A stretch of DNA of 64,000 nucleotides, taken from assembly GCA_036172245.1 (NCBI GenBank), contig JAYWIR010000008.1, forward strand, positions 5,146,001-5,210,000. The letters are read 5' to 3'. The notes below the pieces were generated by a model. That model was not told the DNA's origin and made no database searches. It was given only the letters and a program-made list of their open reading frames with translations. Positions 11,601 through 24,770 of this stretch are shown here, one piece after another. Origin of the DNA: Raillietiella orientalis. Lineage: Eukaryota. A program made the translations under genes and the position numbers. Each line of letters starts with the position of its first letter. Position 1 is the first letter of the stretch.

Positions 11601-13752
11601 CCACCTCGCTCTTGAGGCGGGAACTGGAAACGAAAAGTCAATCCTCGATTTTTCTACCTCTTACGGCAAGCACTTCGTCTCACTTGCTGATCAGAATGAA
11701 TACACTGTCGTCGCAACCATCTGGCTGAAGAAGGGACAGAATTCTTGTAAACACGAAACTCTTCCCTTCTTCAGCTGGACATACGGCCGGCAATTCGTTC
11801 CCTCAAATGCCCGACTGCGGTCGTTTTTACTGGCTTCTCGGCCAGAAGGAAACCACGGAGTCACTTCGAAAGTCGGACCCAAGAGGTTCCCGAACGGAAT
11901 GTCCTCTTGGGGCCTGTTCGACTTTGACAGCCAGCTATTATTCCCGAATGGAGTTCGGACCTTTCCTGGCTCTCACTCTATACGAAGATTACCGCATTCC
12001 TCGAAAAGAAGAAGAGTCCAAGTCCATCGTTCACGGTGCATCAAGCAAAGAGGTGAAAGAAACACGCGTGGGAGAGAGAGATCAACAGTTTCTGGATCAC
12101 CAGGGATGAGCGCACGAAGAGCCCTGCAAATGTCTGTTTTGTCTCCTCTCTCTGGGCGTTCACCGGGACTTCTCACATCCGAAGGCATCACCGAAATTTT
12201 CGCGGGGTGCTCCAGGATGATCCCGGCAGGATACATCAACACGCGGGGTCTTCGATTCGTCACACCGAGTCTCTTGAACTTGACATTCACGTGATCGACT
12301 ATGCTGCTTCAGAGCCCCGCCTGCTCAACGCCTCATTTGCTTCAGGAGTCTCCTCAGCATGCCAAGTCTTTCAAATCATCGAAAAGAGGAACAAGAAAGA
12401 ATGACACGTGCAAGGATGAACTTCAGCAAAGTCAGGATCTTTCCTCATCCACCAATGAATGGTTCCTAGAACGCTTAGGTCCTTCTGGGAATGTTTCCGG
12501 CCGATTTCACTTCCTGCAATTTCCCCCTCAGTCTAAATCGACAGTTCTCAGGAGCCTTCTTCTTCTGGTAGATAGGAGCTTGGTTCCTCCCTGAGGAATG
12601 AAGGACAACGCAAAACGGAACGGAAACTGAGTCGCAACTTTTCTCTCATTCGACAGCAACGCATCAGAGCCACCACGGCACCCGCCATCCTCTTTCCCGC
12701 TGCGAAGGAAGCGCTTCGGAAGGCCTCTAGCGCCCAATCCGCGAGCCTGGAGACAGCTACAGGAACACCCAAATCGTTAGCGAGCACGTTTTCGAGTCAC
12801 TCGAAACACTTCAAATTCGCAGGGCGAATCGTCGGAGGACATCGTTGCTCTGCGTCAGACGACACCAGAGGTTGCGGCGGAACGGATGCTCGCACGGATC
12901 AGGGAAACTTTGAGCCTCGGCAGGACGAACAGGTGCTAGGAAACCAAGGACCGAAATGCCGGAGCAGCCCTTTCTCTCCCTATCCGCAAGTGATGCAATG
13001 CGATGCGCCCAATGGCTCGAAGCGCATCTCCCTTTCAGTCCAATCACCGAGAAAGCTGGGTGTACAGTGTGCGCCATCGTGTTGGCAGCCAAGCACTCAA
13101 AGTCTCGCCTGGTGGCACCATTTCGTTGCTGGGCTTCGTCAGTTGGACGGATACCGTTAAGCAGTTGAGGAGTGCGGGTTCACGGCTCCCTCCCGGCGGT
13201 CGCCAATCTCTCCCCAGCTCCGTGCGAAGGACTGTTGGACCCAATCAGTAGTTTCGGCCTGTAGCCATCCGGTACTCCTCCGAATAATCGAAGGGAACGA
13301 ACAGCGATCGTAAATCTTGTGCACTGCTCGAGGGTGGAGGGTTTGTTGACAGTGTATCTTTGCGTGTCATCACTTCATCCGAAACAATCGTCGTGCGGTA
13401 ATCACGGATGCTGGTGATCCCAGGAAGAAGAAAAAAAGAATGGACAAACCAGCTGAGCTTTCTTTGCCTGCACGTCCGGTGAGGGGCGAACGTTCTAACA
13501 GAGCGCTGCACAGAGGACATCCATCGCCGTGGACCGGAAAGCAGCGCTGCGATGTGATTCGCTTCACCCGCGCTTCTTCTGCCCATGGTAAACAACGAAT
13601 GGTAAACGGAGTCAGGATTGACACCCCATGTTGGCTGGCTGGATGGCGCCTTTGTGTCATCGGAGCTTGAGATTGATTTGTCTTTTCTGATCCCGGAAAG
13701 GAAACTGCTAACGTTGCAAAAGCAAATTAACAGAACCAACAACGACGGTCCG

Positions 13753-13776
13753 ATTATTATTATTATTATTATTATT
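13753..13776. repeat. (ATT)8 microsatellite
   Basis: Read directly from the sequence. Confidence 0.95.
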
Positions 13777-15156
13777 TTACCATCACGAGGTGTCGCTGTT
13801 GCCTGCTCAGATCAAGATTGGATTGGTGCTTGACCTGCACGTAGCTAACCTGAATTCCCTCCCTCCCTCCTCCCTCCCTTCCTGATGAAGATCGTCAACT
13901 TTTGTCAGGCTGGCTCAAGCGACAAAGTTTGCTGACACCTGCTGAGCCAGAGACTCTGCTGCAGTCTGAGTGAGTTGTGGATGTGAAAAAGTCGTTTTCG
14001 TCTTTGGACGCTTGCGACCCAGGTCAGACTGGGAAGGCAGGTCTGGAGTGGCTAGGACCGGACGTTAGGTAGGCATCTTCGGAAAGCACCGCGCTACCCT
14101 CGACTGGCATACGAACTTCGTATCCCCGTACTGGGGGTTTGCCCCTTGGACGGCCAGCGCTGGACCATCGGGAAGAGTCGACATTGAGTCGACAACGAGA
14201 GAAGCGGTGAAACCGAAGCCTCCAGGACGGATCGCCGGAGACAGACAAAGCGCGCCCATCATGTGAGGGCGCGTTTCCTTTGGTACTCTTCCAGCGTTCC
14301 GGGTCCTGAGGAAGAAAACTTCCAAACACGATGATGCGAGTGACTTTCGCAGAGAACGTCCGTTGGTGATGCCTGTGCGGCTCCTCAGATCCGTCCAGGG
14401 ACCGCAATGACGAGTCCAAAAGCATCCCTGGAAGCATCATCTTTTTTACGGGGGAAGCCGCTCAGGAAAAGCATCCAACGTCGGCCAGCGTCTCATTTTT
14501 CCGATGAAATATTTCTCGTGAGAGGAAACAGGGAGGAAAAAAATGCCTATTATCTTGCAGAAAAGCGATCTTGCAGGAAGAATTAACAAAGGTGGTAATC
14601 AATTCCTGAAAGAATGAAAGAGTTATATATTTAATAAATTGCATCCGATTATCCCTGATTACGAGCGGTTAGAATGAGGTGATTGAGCGAAAAATTCCCG
14701 AAAGAAATAATTTATTCCCTATTATGCTTCATTTGTTTATTTATTTAAGCTTTCCAGTTTAATTAAAGGCTTTCATCCGTGATGCTCAGCAAACACGGGG
14801 ACCGGCGACACGAGCGTCTTCGCTCCCTCGTTGCCGGAGGTCCCTCTGAACGCGCGATCCATTTCGTGAGGAGTTTCCGAAGATGAGCTCTTCATAACGA
14901 TTGCAGGAGCAAAGCCGCGAGAATCGAATTGGCGTGGAGATACAATAAATAAGAGTGATGTCTTCACGTCCTGTCCCAGAATTAAGGTCGGTTATTCCGC
15001 ATTCCGTCTTTGAGCGTCAGCATCATAACTACCGGCGGCAATGATAATGGGGAGCGGCGTGTGCTGATGTTATCTCCAGCCAAAGTATTTGGATTGCATT
15101 GAAGGAAGATGGGTAGGATGAGAGGACGGGGAGCCGGAGGGTGTGCGTGCGTGCGT

Positions 15157-15848
15157 GTGTTCCCACCCGGGTATACTGGGGCGTTTGTTTCCGAAAAAAA
15201 AAAACTTGCAAAAGCGGCGGCAGGACGCTCGGTTCCTGCCACGCTCGCCACAGGTGGAACCTGCCGAGATGCCGGAATGCAGACCAGCGAGGACCCGGCA
15301 GCAGAGGGGAGGAGGGCAAACAAAAAATAAAAATAAAATGGAGGCAACAGGAAGGGATCACATTCCGACGGAAGGCGTCCTTGCTGGGATGCCGGCAAGT
15401 TCCTGCTGGATAGCTCCCATATGAAACCATCTCGTCGCGATGCTGAGAAAACGGACTGCAAAATGGATGGCGTCCCTATCTTCACGACTCTTCTTTCGGT
15501 GTTGCTCCGGATAGCCGCGAAGGCAGCAAAGTGCTACTAGCGACGCTGCTCCCGTCAGGGCATCACATGCAAAGAGGCGCTTTGAAACGTCTCTGGGGTT
15601 GTCGCCTCAGGTTCCCAGGGTCGCGACGAAGCATTCCCAGAAGGGCCGGAGAACAACACAATTCGCAAGCAGGTGTGGGAGGAACGCTCATTCCCCGTAC
15701 CTACTATACAGTTCGGGATCTCATACACACCCCGTGTCCAGTGACGCTGCAGGGCGTTGTACGGGAGGCCCCAATGCAATAGAATCAGCACCGACTCCTT
15801 CCACTTTAATGGGATGGTGTGTGCATGTCCAAAAGCACTGAGGGCCAC
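15157..15848 (-). mobile_element. 5'-truncated copy of L1/Tx1-like 'family A' (zf-RVT C-terminus, 3' UTR and terminal motif)
   Basis: IPLKWKESVLILLHWGLPYNALQRHWT and IATRWFHMGAIQQELAGI align with ORF 27238-28197. The 3' UTR and the terminal motif AAACAAACGCCCCAGTATACCCGGGTGGGAAC match 28200-28410. Confidence 0.8.
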
Positions 15849-15860
15849 TGCAGGTCTTTC

Positions 15861-16325
15861 CTAGTAGCTCGCCCCGGCGCAAGACCCCTGCAAAAAGGCT
15901 CTTTGAAACGCGTCTGGGATTCTGCCGCATCCTTTCTGGGATACGTCTTTGCAAAGAGCCGCTACCCAGGCTGAAAGCCGAAGGGCGTCGCGGACCAAGA
16001 AGGGTTTCAGAGCTTCCCTGGAGTCGCCGTCGGGAGGGGTTCGCGCTCCCCGTACTTGCCACAATTGGAGAACCTCCGGGAATTCACCCAGAAGACCTCG
16101 AGTGGCCCCCAGTACCGAGAAACTGTCGCACTTTTCCTCTGGGATGGCAGCAAGGACGCACCACCTGAGATAACCTCTTTGCACGTTATGTTCTGACGCC
16201 AGCAGAGCTTTGCTGCCTTCCCAGCTGGCCGGAGTCACACCGAAAGAGTCGTCAACGAAAGGGACGCCATCCACTTCGCAGTGCGTTTTCTCAGGATTGC
16301 AAGGATGTTCCAGGACTGATATCAT
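15861..16325 (-). mobile_element. Second, more diverged zf-RVT/C-terminal fragment related to family A
   Basis: EFPEVLQLW...REALKPFLVRDALRLSAWVAALC parallels DCAALRPLW...RDVVRLLFLRDALPPASTLAALC in 27238-28197. Confidence 0.6.
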
Positions 16326-16661
16326 GTCGGTGGGTCACTTGGAGTGTGCGTGCGTGTGGAGGAGAGGGAACGACAGCCCAAATCCCGCGCGCGCGTAGAG
16401 CGAGAGAAAAAAGAAAAAGCAAAACCCAAGGCGCGAAATCACGCCCGAGCGGTACAGCCAAGTCGCTGCGGAATATTTCTTGTTTGGGACGTGCAACATG
16501 TCGGAACGGAAAGTTCCGCAACTCGGATTTTTCGAATTTCAAAGGGAGATCGATAGCCATACATTCCGGGAATGTAGGGCCAATCTTGAGGAAAAGCCAT
16601 CCGGGGAAGCGACGGAAATAGTTTTTTTTTTTTGCTGTTGGTTTAAGTCTTTTTTTTTTGC

Positions 16662-16681
16662 GTGTGTGTGTGTGTGTGTGT
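16662..16681. repeat. (GT)10 microsatellite
   Basis: Read directly from the sequence. Confidence 0.95.
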
Positions 16682-17383
16682 TCCGTTTAGCGTCGCTCCC
16701 CGAGCTCTCTCGAACGCTAGAAGCACCCGCGGGAAGAAACTTTGGACCCACGCGATGAGACGCCTTCTTCACGTGCCGGCGGCGGCGTTCGCCTCGTGCG
16801 CTCCGTGCGTCATCCCGGGAAGCGCGGAAACCGTCTCGCGAACTGCGACATGCAGATCCGCAGAGACGATAAGCAGCCGCATCCCGGGGTTTCGAGCAAA
16901 ATCTGGTTTTGTTCTCCGCGGCTCCTGCTCGCAGGGGAACGCATTCTCCTCCCGGTCGGAGGGGTTTCCTAGCCACCAAACGACTCCCGTTCGTTCCCGA
17001 ACGGCGACTGCGATGCGAGACGCCCCCTCCTCGCGCCGGAACGCTGAGACGGCCAGCGGCCTTCACACCGCGTTGGTCGCTGCGCGGAGCTGGCGCGGCG
17101 TGAGGGCGGCCTACGGTGGAGTGGGGGTGCCCACACGAAGAAGGCTGCTGGCGCCTCGTCGGGCGTCCGGAGGCACAGAACCTCGGCGGCGGGGAGACAT
17201 GCGAACGGGAGCGTGAGAAAGAAGGAGCTTCCGCTCTGCATTTCCGCTCTTAGCAGTTAAGGAAGAAGCGGGCTGTTGCTGTCCCCATCGGGTGCCAAAA
17301 GTAGAAAGGGCACTGCTGCGTTATGGATGGCGTTTCGCGAAACGCCGCAGGATGCTCCCGGCGTTCATCCATCAGCTGACCGA

Positions 17384-17860
17384 CTACTTACAGAAAGCCG
17401 TAATTATTGAGTAATTGGCTCTTTCGGAAGTTCTATAATAAGCATCCTGGCTGGTCGCCTGGCGCAGTCGCACCCGAAGCATCATTTCGATTACCTTCCC
17501 GAGAGGCAAAGAATCTTGATGGATGCTCCTGTTCGACACGCCGCCAGATGGGAGTGCATGCGGGGTAAAAAAAACATCATGCCCTCGATTTTTCAACGGA
17601 GCGAATTTTTGGTACTCGTCTTTGCGCTGCTGCACCACAGCGTCCGCGATGTGCCATGATTTTCCCATTAATGAAGAGACTGTTCCCGCTCCTAATGGGA
17701 CTCTCCCAGCTACATGTATTTGTGTAAAATCGGGAATATCTTTCGAACAAAGTCCCTTCGAGGGAGCAGTGAGGGCGGTACTCCATTCGCCGCCCTGCTT
17801 TTTGCTTTCGTTTCGTTCACGAGGAAGGGAACAGGAACGCGAAGAATGGGTGAAATGCAT
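17384..17860 (-). mobile_element. Possible RLE-element extreme C-terminal remnant
   Basis: AVVQQRKDEYQKFAPLKNRGHDVFFTP resembles the K..KY..L...G..V...P tail of RLE domains. A similar RDEYQKL occurs at ~6880 (+). Confidence 0.3.
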
Positions 17861-19077
17861 TCGAGGAGAAAGGAAAGGTCAATTGGTAGACGTCAAGCAG
17901 GCTGAGAACCTTTTGCCTTGGGGCTGGGAAACCTTTGAACTTACAGCATGTGAAGGATGCCGTCCCACAAGGGAGGAGGCGGTCGCGGAACGGGATCCGG
18001 ACGCACAATGGAAGGAACAACTTCGACAAACTGCAAGCACACTTGTACGCAACGAGGCGCAAGAAAGAGTGGTTGGTGCAATGCGCAGATGCCTTCGGTG
18101 GCAAACTGAAGTTCGATTGGAGTAAAGCAAAAACAAAAGCACCGTGAGAGAAGAGCGTCAGAAAGTTCGGAGCTGGCAAGGTCACGTGGATGGAATTCTC
18201 GACCTAAGAGAGCGAAAAGGCAAAACACGATCAGGCGAGCAGCTCGCTGGGGGAAAGTTGGGGCTGCATCTCCTCGCTTGCGTGGAAGCCTCGAATCGCC
18301 TCTTTCTTGAGGTCCACCCAAAAGCAAAGGCCGAATGTGAAAAGTGGCTGAAAGAGCACCGGGTGATACCCCTTCCGTGTTTCGGGACCTGAATTCGCAT
18401 CCTAAGCGTGGAGGATGCCAAATGAGTAACGGCATCGCTTCAACTTTGGATTCCAGCTATTCGCCAGAAACTATTCGCCAGAGATCTCAGGGAGCGGCCT
18501 TCATCCGTCATCTCTGCTCTTGAAACGATGGAAACGAAAACTTCGTTCAGCATAGCTCCAAAACAATGCTCGGCGGATGAATCGGTCCCGTTGGTACTGA
18601 TGAGAAAATCCCAATGTGTTATCAAAATGCCGACCATCACAGATGAAGCGCAAGCAGGGAACGAGACGATGAAGACAAGTGGAAGCCACTCGAAGGTAAC
18701 AACCTATTACAAAAGAGGTGAAAGGCTTGCACGGAACGCAAGCCATTGAAATATCAGGACAAAAGGAAAAGGAAAATTGTACAGTAGCACAGAAGGGAAG
18801 GTGTCTTCCATCTTACAAAAGCGTGCAACTGCTGCAAGAGCCCGATGCTTCTTCCTTCGTAGAAGACGGAAGGCGCCCCAATGTAGAGTGCCCACACCAA
18901 CACGCAAATGTGCCAAAGACGTCTACTGATTGTATGCTGTGAATAAAACTCTCTGAAATAAGGCGGAGGTAAGAAATCATTTAGCTTTAAGGTAATTTTC
19001 TGCTTCTGTACTTGAAGACGCTGCAGAAGAGCAGCCTGATGGGGAGTCCCATGCGAGCTCCCACATGCCATGAATTT

Positions 19078-19331
19078 TACTCCCCCTCTCCGGGCTCCGT
19101 GAACCGAAGGAAAGGAGGAAAGAGGAAGAGGAGGTGGAAGAAAGGAGAAGGAAGAGTAGCAAGGGAGGAAGTGGGAAGCAGGCATGAGCGCAGAAGAAGC
19201 GCTTCTTCCTGTCGCACCGCGCGCCATCTCCCTGACTCTCCTACGCTTACGTTACTAGTAGGAGGGGAAGGGGAGAAGTCGCTCTCCTACAGTGGCTGAT
19301 CCCTGAAATCCCAAAGTCGCGGAACGAGCCG
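19078..19331. repeat. Dispersed non-coding repeat, copy 1 (inverted partner 24468-24770)
   Basis: Shared blocks are a purine tract, AAGAAGCGCTTCTTCCTrTCGCACCGCGCGCCAyCTCCCTGACTC and GAAATCyCrAAGTC..GGAACGAGCCG. Confidence 0.8.
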
Positions 19332-21499
19332 AAGCTAACGTGGTTTGCTGGCGCTTTCGTATGAGACCTTCGGAAATGCGGCGGATGCCAAGGAGGCATC
19401 CGGAAGCCCTTTGAAGATGTTCGAAGAAACAAGTTTCATCTCGTTTTAACGTTCGCTGCCTGCCGGTCGCTTGCGAATGCATTGCCAGCCATCATTTGCA
19501 GTCTTTCTTGTTCTTGTTGTTGTTGTTATTGCTGCTGCTGCTTCCCCTTGATAGGTTCGGGCTGCGTTTGGAACTTTTTCATTTCTTCCCAAGAAACTCT
19601 CGTGTGAGCTTTGTGAAGGTCTTTGAGCTTTCATCACTTCACCACATTACTTTTCATCACACTAGGGGTGTTCAGAAAAACAAGAGTAGCAGATCACCAG
19701 CCTGCAAGACCGTTTTGTTTCTTTTTTGGCAAGCTCATGGAACTCTAGAGAATCGGTTGCTGTGAGGGATGATCGCTACAGAGGGACGTCGTCGATCAGT
19801 AATGTCAAACATCCGATGCCAGCATCTCCAATATTTTTAACTCAGCAACAGTGTATTTGAAGCTAATGGCTGTAGACGTTTTGACGACACCAACCGAGAC
19901 GAGATGTAGAAGACGTAGCTCGAGAAACGGAGCCCATCAGCTACGCATTGCTCTGCAGCATCAGCTGCAAGGAAGACACAGGAATCGGCCGACTCAGTGT
20001 CGGTAGATAAAATACCTCTGCAGGCTATAGTCCCCGATTGGGCGCATCGATGATCTGGAGTGTGATCTCCGCTGCGGTGCCAACAGAGTTCTGGAATAAA
20101 GAGCTCCGTCTTCGGGAATTCATAGAGGGCGGACGCAAAACCGAGGCGCGGGGGATGAGGGGAGGACTCTGAGGACGCTCTGCCGACAAGAACGGAGGAT
20201 GAGCTGCCTACACTATGCGTCGAGACCAACGCGTTCTCCTGGTGCCTCTTAGGCCTTCGCTCTTGTCGGGATAGGCCCTCCGCGAACGTCGCGCATGGGC
20301 ATACTGTCCGCCGCCGCCGGAACGAGTGGTTTCCAAAGCGTGGGAGGAGGTGGCGAGGAGAAAGCGCCGGATGCTCCGCCGCATTGCAAAAGGAGCACTG
20401 CTGCCCTGCTGAATGAGGGGGCCGAGCGCGCAGATCCATCTCGAACTCGGCAAAGCGGGCACGATTCCGGGTCGGGTTCCTCGTCAGCTTTCAGGATTGA
20501 TGGATTGTCGCGAGCAAAAAGCCGGAGGGGAAGGTGTGACTTGCTACCGGGTCCCTTTGAAGACGACCTTCCTTCCCCACCTCGCATGCCCCGAAAAGTC
20601 ATTGCGAAGAACACGCTTGGCCCTCGTTCCCATCTTCAGCTGACCTACTCGCCCTGGATGGCGTGGTCCACTCTCTTTTATGGCGTATCCACATGGAGAA
20701 GGCAGCTGACATAGGTGACCTCGCCGAGAGAATGAATCCCGGCCTCCTCCTTTTCCTGGATTCGGATGCGTGTCCACAAAGCGATTTTCACTACAAGAAG
20801 AGAACAGCTCACTGGGAAGTGAGCAGCGATGGACTGGGCCGCGTCCAGTGATAGGAAGGGAAACTTCTTCCTCTCGTCCCTTCCTGCCCAAACATTCGAA
20901 GGAGCGCAAGTGTGCTTCCAGAGCGGCACAAACACCAGAAGCTTGGTCCATCTTGAACATTCAAGAATAGCTCTTTGCGATCAAACTGGAACGTAAATCT
21001 TAGGAGATCAAGAAGCCCTTTGCAACATCAATTTCGAAAAAGAAAATAAAAAGAAGGAGAACTGGGACATTATCGACTGGCTGAACCTTTCCAAGATCTC
21101 GTAAGAACCCATCCCGAAATCACCTACGGGGAGGCAAAGGACTTCCGCGTTTACCGCTGTTTGTCATTCGCTGTTTGCCGTTCCGTCTCCTCTTTTCCCA
21201 TTTTCATTTTTCACCATTTTTCCTTGTTTCAAAGAGCTGATTTCCCTTCCTCCCCACCTCCCTGAATCTTTTCCGGCCCTTCCTAGTTGCATCTGGAGAC
21301 CCACGTTCAGATGCGAGCACTGAAGAAGAACGGAGTTGGGTGAGAAATGCGAGATGCCAAATGTCGCGCGCGGGCCGAGACAGCGGCGTCGGAGAAATTC
21401 GATTTGCCGCCACGAAACTCTGCAGGGAGAGAACGAAGCGCTCGCAGGTCGCACTCACAAGGACGTCCTCTTTCTGCTCAGCAACGCGGAATAGAAGTT

Positions 21500-21615
21500 T
21501 CTCCCTCCCTTTTCTTCCCTTCTTCTCCTCCTCCTCCCTCCCTCCTCCTTTCCTCTTCTTCCTCCCTTCCTCTGCCTCTTCCTCCCTCCTCCTCTCCTCT
21601 CCTCTTCTCTTCCTC
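21500..21615. repeat. Polypyrimidine/polypurine low-complexity tract (similar tracts at ~1287-1397, 29190-29315 and 37520-37645)
   Basis: Almost pure C/T on one strand (CCT/CTT units). Confidence 0.9.
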
Positions 21616-21849
21616 ATACCTCCATCGTACAAAAGCCACAAGAGGAAGAGAGTGGCGAAGGAATGTTCACGCCTATTCCTTGACAAAGAGACTCCAGACT
21701 TAATGAGCGTCTCGAGGTCCTCCTTATGATCCGCAAGCTGGACGATTGGCGAACCATCCAGAGGAGGTAGCAAGCAGCTAACCGGCTGCTTCCATCAAAT
21801 AATATTCTACAGAAGTGTGTAGATAGAAAGTTGGAAAGGTTTTGCTTGA

Positions 21850-23150
21850 AAGAGCCGGATGTCACTGCTTGAGGGCAGAGAAAGTGGGAAAAAGGCTGAC
21901 GTAGAATTTTGAGGAATTTAGAATGTCAGGCAGTACAGGAAGGAAAAGGACAACTCCACGAGGTTCAGCGAGTCTAGAAATCTGGATGGACAGGAGCATC
22001 GCAGCTCTTCCACTCAGGCGACAAGGACGCGCTCCTGACAGGGAAACTGGTTTCCGGTCTGCCGTTTCGGAGAGGATTGCCGCGTGCTTCTCAGCAGTGC
22101 AGCGAACAAGGAGCATACAGAGTCACCTCCGGGATCATCCACCTTTAACAAAAAGACCAACGTATTCCTGAACGAAGTTATCAAAAGATTGGCCTCGCTT
22201 TGCGACACTCGGAGAGTATGCAGCCTTTGCGTTGCTCCTAGATCATCCCTCATTGACCGGAAGGTGTTTCAATCCGGTGGAGGGCGAAATGTGAATTCTT
22301 TCTCCGTTCAGATTTTCCAGGTCTCCTAAGAAACCTGTAAGGGTGGGGAGGGAGGGGTCTCTTCCCCATCACTAAGGTGACAAAACACAGGAAAGAAGCA
22401 ACCTGACTGTACGGCACTGCCACGCACTTCGTTCTGAGGTCACCTTTTTTCCGGGGTCTCTGGGATCTTCTCGTCTACAGCAGGTAACTTTTGTCCTCCC
22501 CCTCTTTCCACTTTCCTGCCAATGCCCACGGAGTAGGTGCGGAACCAGAAGAAAGGCATCAAGGAGTCATCCCCGTTCCCTCAGATGGTCACTGCAGAGT
22601 CCACGTATCCACTTGAAATGGAGAACGCCCTTTCATCCGAATCACGATCTTAGTGGTTTCCTCCTCGGTGAAAGAACTGCCCCATCTTGCGTATTCTCTG
22701 TGGGTTTCGACCATGATGCTCTGGTTTCTGGATTCCTCGTGACAGATATTGCGTCCTCTCCTCACTGGTTGCAGCTCTTTTACTGCGTGCGTCCCCAGCA
22801 GCCAGATGGAATCTTCGCCCCATGAGGCCGTCGAATGACGCGCTCCTCCAGAAACTCCGCCTCTCTGCTCCTCCCAATTCTGGGTCTGTCTCTTCTACAA
22901 ACAGCTGCCCAAAGCAAATCGATATTTGAGGTGAAAAGTGTCTGGTGTCTCTTCTCTATAGTTCTGCATGAGATGTGGGGAGATGACTGTTCGAGCCACC
23001 TGTGAAGATGGCAAGATTATTCACTATTGCTTACGTGAAGTAACTGCTGATAGAGGAAGGAAGGGGATAATTTTCCACCACCGCCTCCGCTGTAAGGTTA
23101 TCCTCTCCACCCAAGCCCCTGCAAGACACTTTTCCATCATGGGGTGGCTC
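21850..23150 (-). mobile_element. Degraded L1-like ORF2 (RT through post-RT region)
   Basis: In the expected order: GKVSCRGLGGEDNLTAE (like GKxPGxDGLxAE), FWRSASF (like NWRPI) and EANLLITSF (post-RT motif). Frameshifted. Confidence 0.4.
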
Positions 23151-23599
23151 GTCACGGTAGGTGACCTTCAAACCAGAGCCTCCTGAACGAGTCGCGAGAA
23201 CGCTGAATGCTCGAGCGCAGCATCTCTCCCCTGAGTCCATCTTTCCGGCTCATCCTGGCCTGAGGGTCTTTGGCTCTTTGAACACCTCGTCGCCCCTCAG
23301 GAAAACGCCCGTACCGAGGCGGGTCGCCTCTGGAGGAGAAGTGGAGAGCACAGTCCTTGACATTGAGACTGTCTTGAGTCTGTTTCTGAGCCTCAATAGA
23401 ACAAAAGACATCAGTCAGAATCCCCTGCGCCCCTCCTTGGAGTACCAAGAGGGTTGGAGTTTCGTGTCTACCGCATTCTCTTCCAGTCCATATCAGCAGA
23501 ACGAAACTCTTCAGTGTCCTTATCGAAGCTTTTCCTCCTCCCTCCCTCCCCGTGCTGAGCTCCTCTGCGCCCACCAGTACCTTCATCGTCCCGTCTTGC

Positions 23600-24350
23600 T
23601 CCGTTTGAGTCCATTAATCTGTGATCCCAGAAGAATTTCCTGGTTTGGTCTTCCGCCTCATCGTTGGAACATCTCTACGTTTCTTATGCGAAGAAGAAGG
23701 CCTCTGAAGTGGCACCTGAGCCGGAAGGTTCAACAAAGCAGAAGCCTTTGAAGACTCTTCCCATCCCAAAGAATTCCAAGATTTCAAGGGAATGGAAATG
23801 GGAATCCCAAGTTCGAATGGGAAACTTCTGGAGAAGTCATGGTCCGTAAGGACAGGAATGTCGACATCATCATTGCATTTTTCCCTTCCCTTTGGTCCCC
23901 CCAAAGACAAAAAGAAACACTTCCCGGAAAAAAGGCAAGTCTCCTGAAGAACCCACAAAACCAAGAAGAGCAAGGCGCTCCAAGAGATTTAGAGTCGCCA
24001 AAGGAGACCTGCCCTAGTGCGAATATAATTTGCTCTGTAACAAGGGCTCTCTGAAACTTGGGAAATGGGCAAAGACGAGAGAATGCACTGCACTCCATTT
24101 GAAGTTTTGGATGAATTACCACCTCGGAGATTTCTACTTTCTCTCCCAGAAGAGCGTCCCCTGAAGAACGTCGATGAGAAATGAACCCTCCGTCTGCAGA
24201 ACGTGTGAGGAGAGAAGTGGGTCCTCTGCAAGGGCGGGTATGCTAGCAGCTGTCTGGAGCGAGGCACAGGAATCGTCAGATAAATCAGGGAGATCACTTA
24301 TCAAGCTATTAAAGAAGAGTAGCACGAGCTCTAAACTTAGTTAGAGGATA
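23600..24350 (-). mobile_element. L1-like post-RT fragment
   Basis: VLLFFNSLIS / SLIYLTIPVP resembles GRxLLINSLxxSxLIY...P. Confidence 0.35.
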
Positions 24351-24467
24351 ATGAGCCAACCGCTTAATCAGCTCCCCAATATATAACTCGTCCCGGAAGA
24401 CGTACGGCGACAGCAGCAGGTTCTAAAAGCGTCTGCCCGAAGAGCGGATGGCTCCGGTGGCAACGCC

Positions 24468-24770
24468 GCGGCTCGTTCCTTGACTTCGAGATTTCCGGCT
24501 CGGCCCCCGTGCGCGCGAATTCTCCCCCTCGCGGGAGAGCGAATTCTTCCCTCCCCTTCCCCCAAGTAAGGGAAGAGGAGGCGAGTCAGGGAGGTGGCGC
24601 GCGGTGCGATAGGAAGAAGCGCTTCTTGCGCACTCACGACTGCCTCCTACCTCCTCCTTTCCTCTTCCTCCCCACTTCCTCTTCTTTTTCTCTTCTCTTT
24701 CTCTTCCTCCACCTCCTCAACCACCCCCTTCCTCGTTTCCTCCCCTTCGCGAAGCCGGGAAACGAGGAGT
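24468..24770. repeat. Dispersed non-coding repeat, copy 2 (inverted partner 19078-19331)
   Basis: Reverse-complement similarity to 19078-19331, including the adjacent pyrimidine tract. Confidence 0.8.

Noticed and set aside
16235..16285. VDGVPFVDDSF as an RT catalytic (Y/F)ADD motif
   Set aside because: The downstream context aligns with the zf-RVT C-terminus of family A (cf. LGIPLDDL), not with RT domains 5-7.
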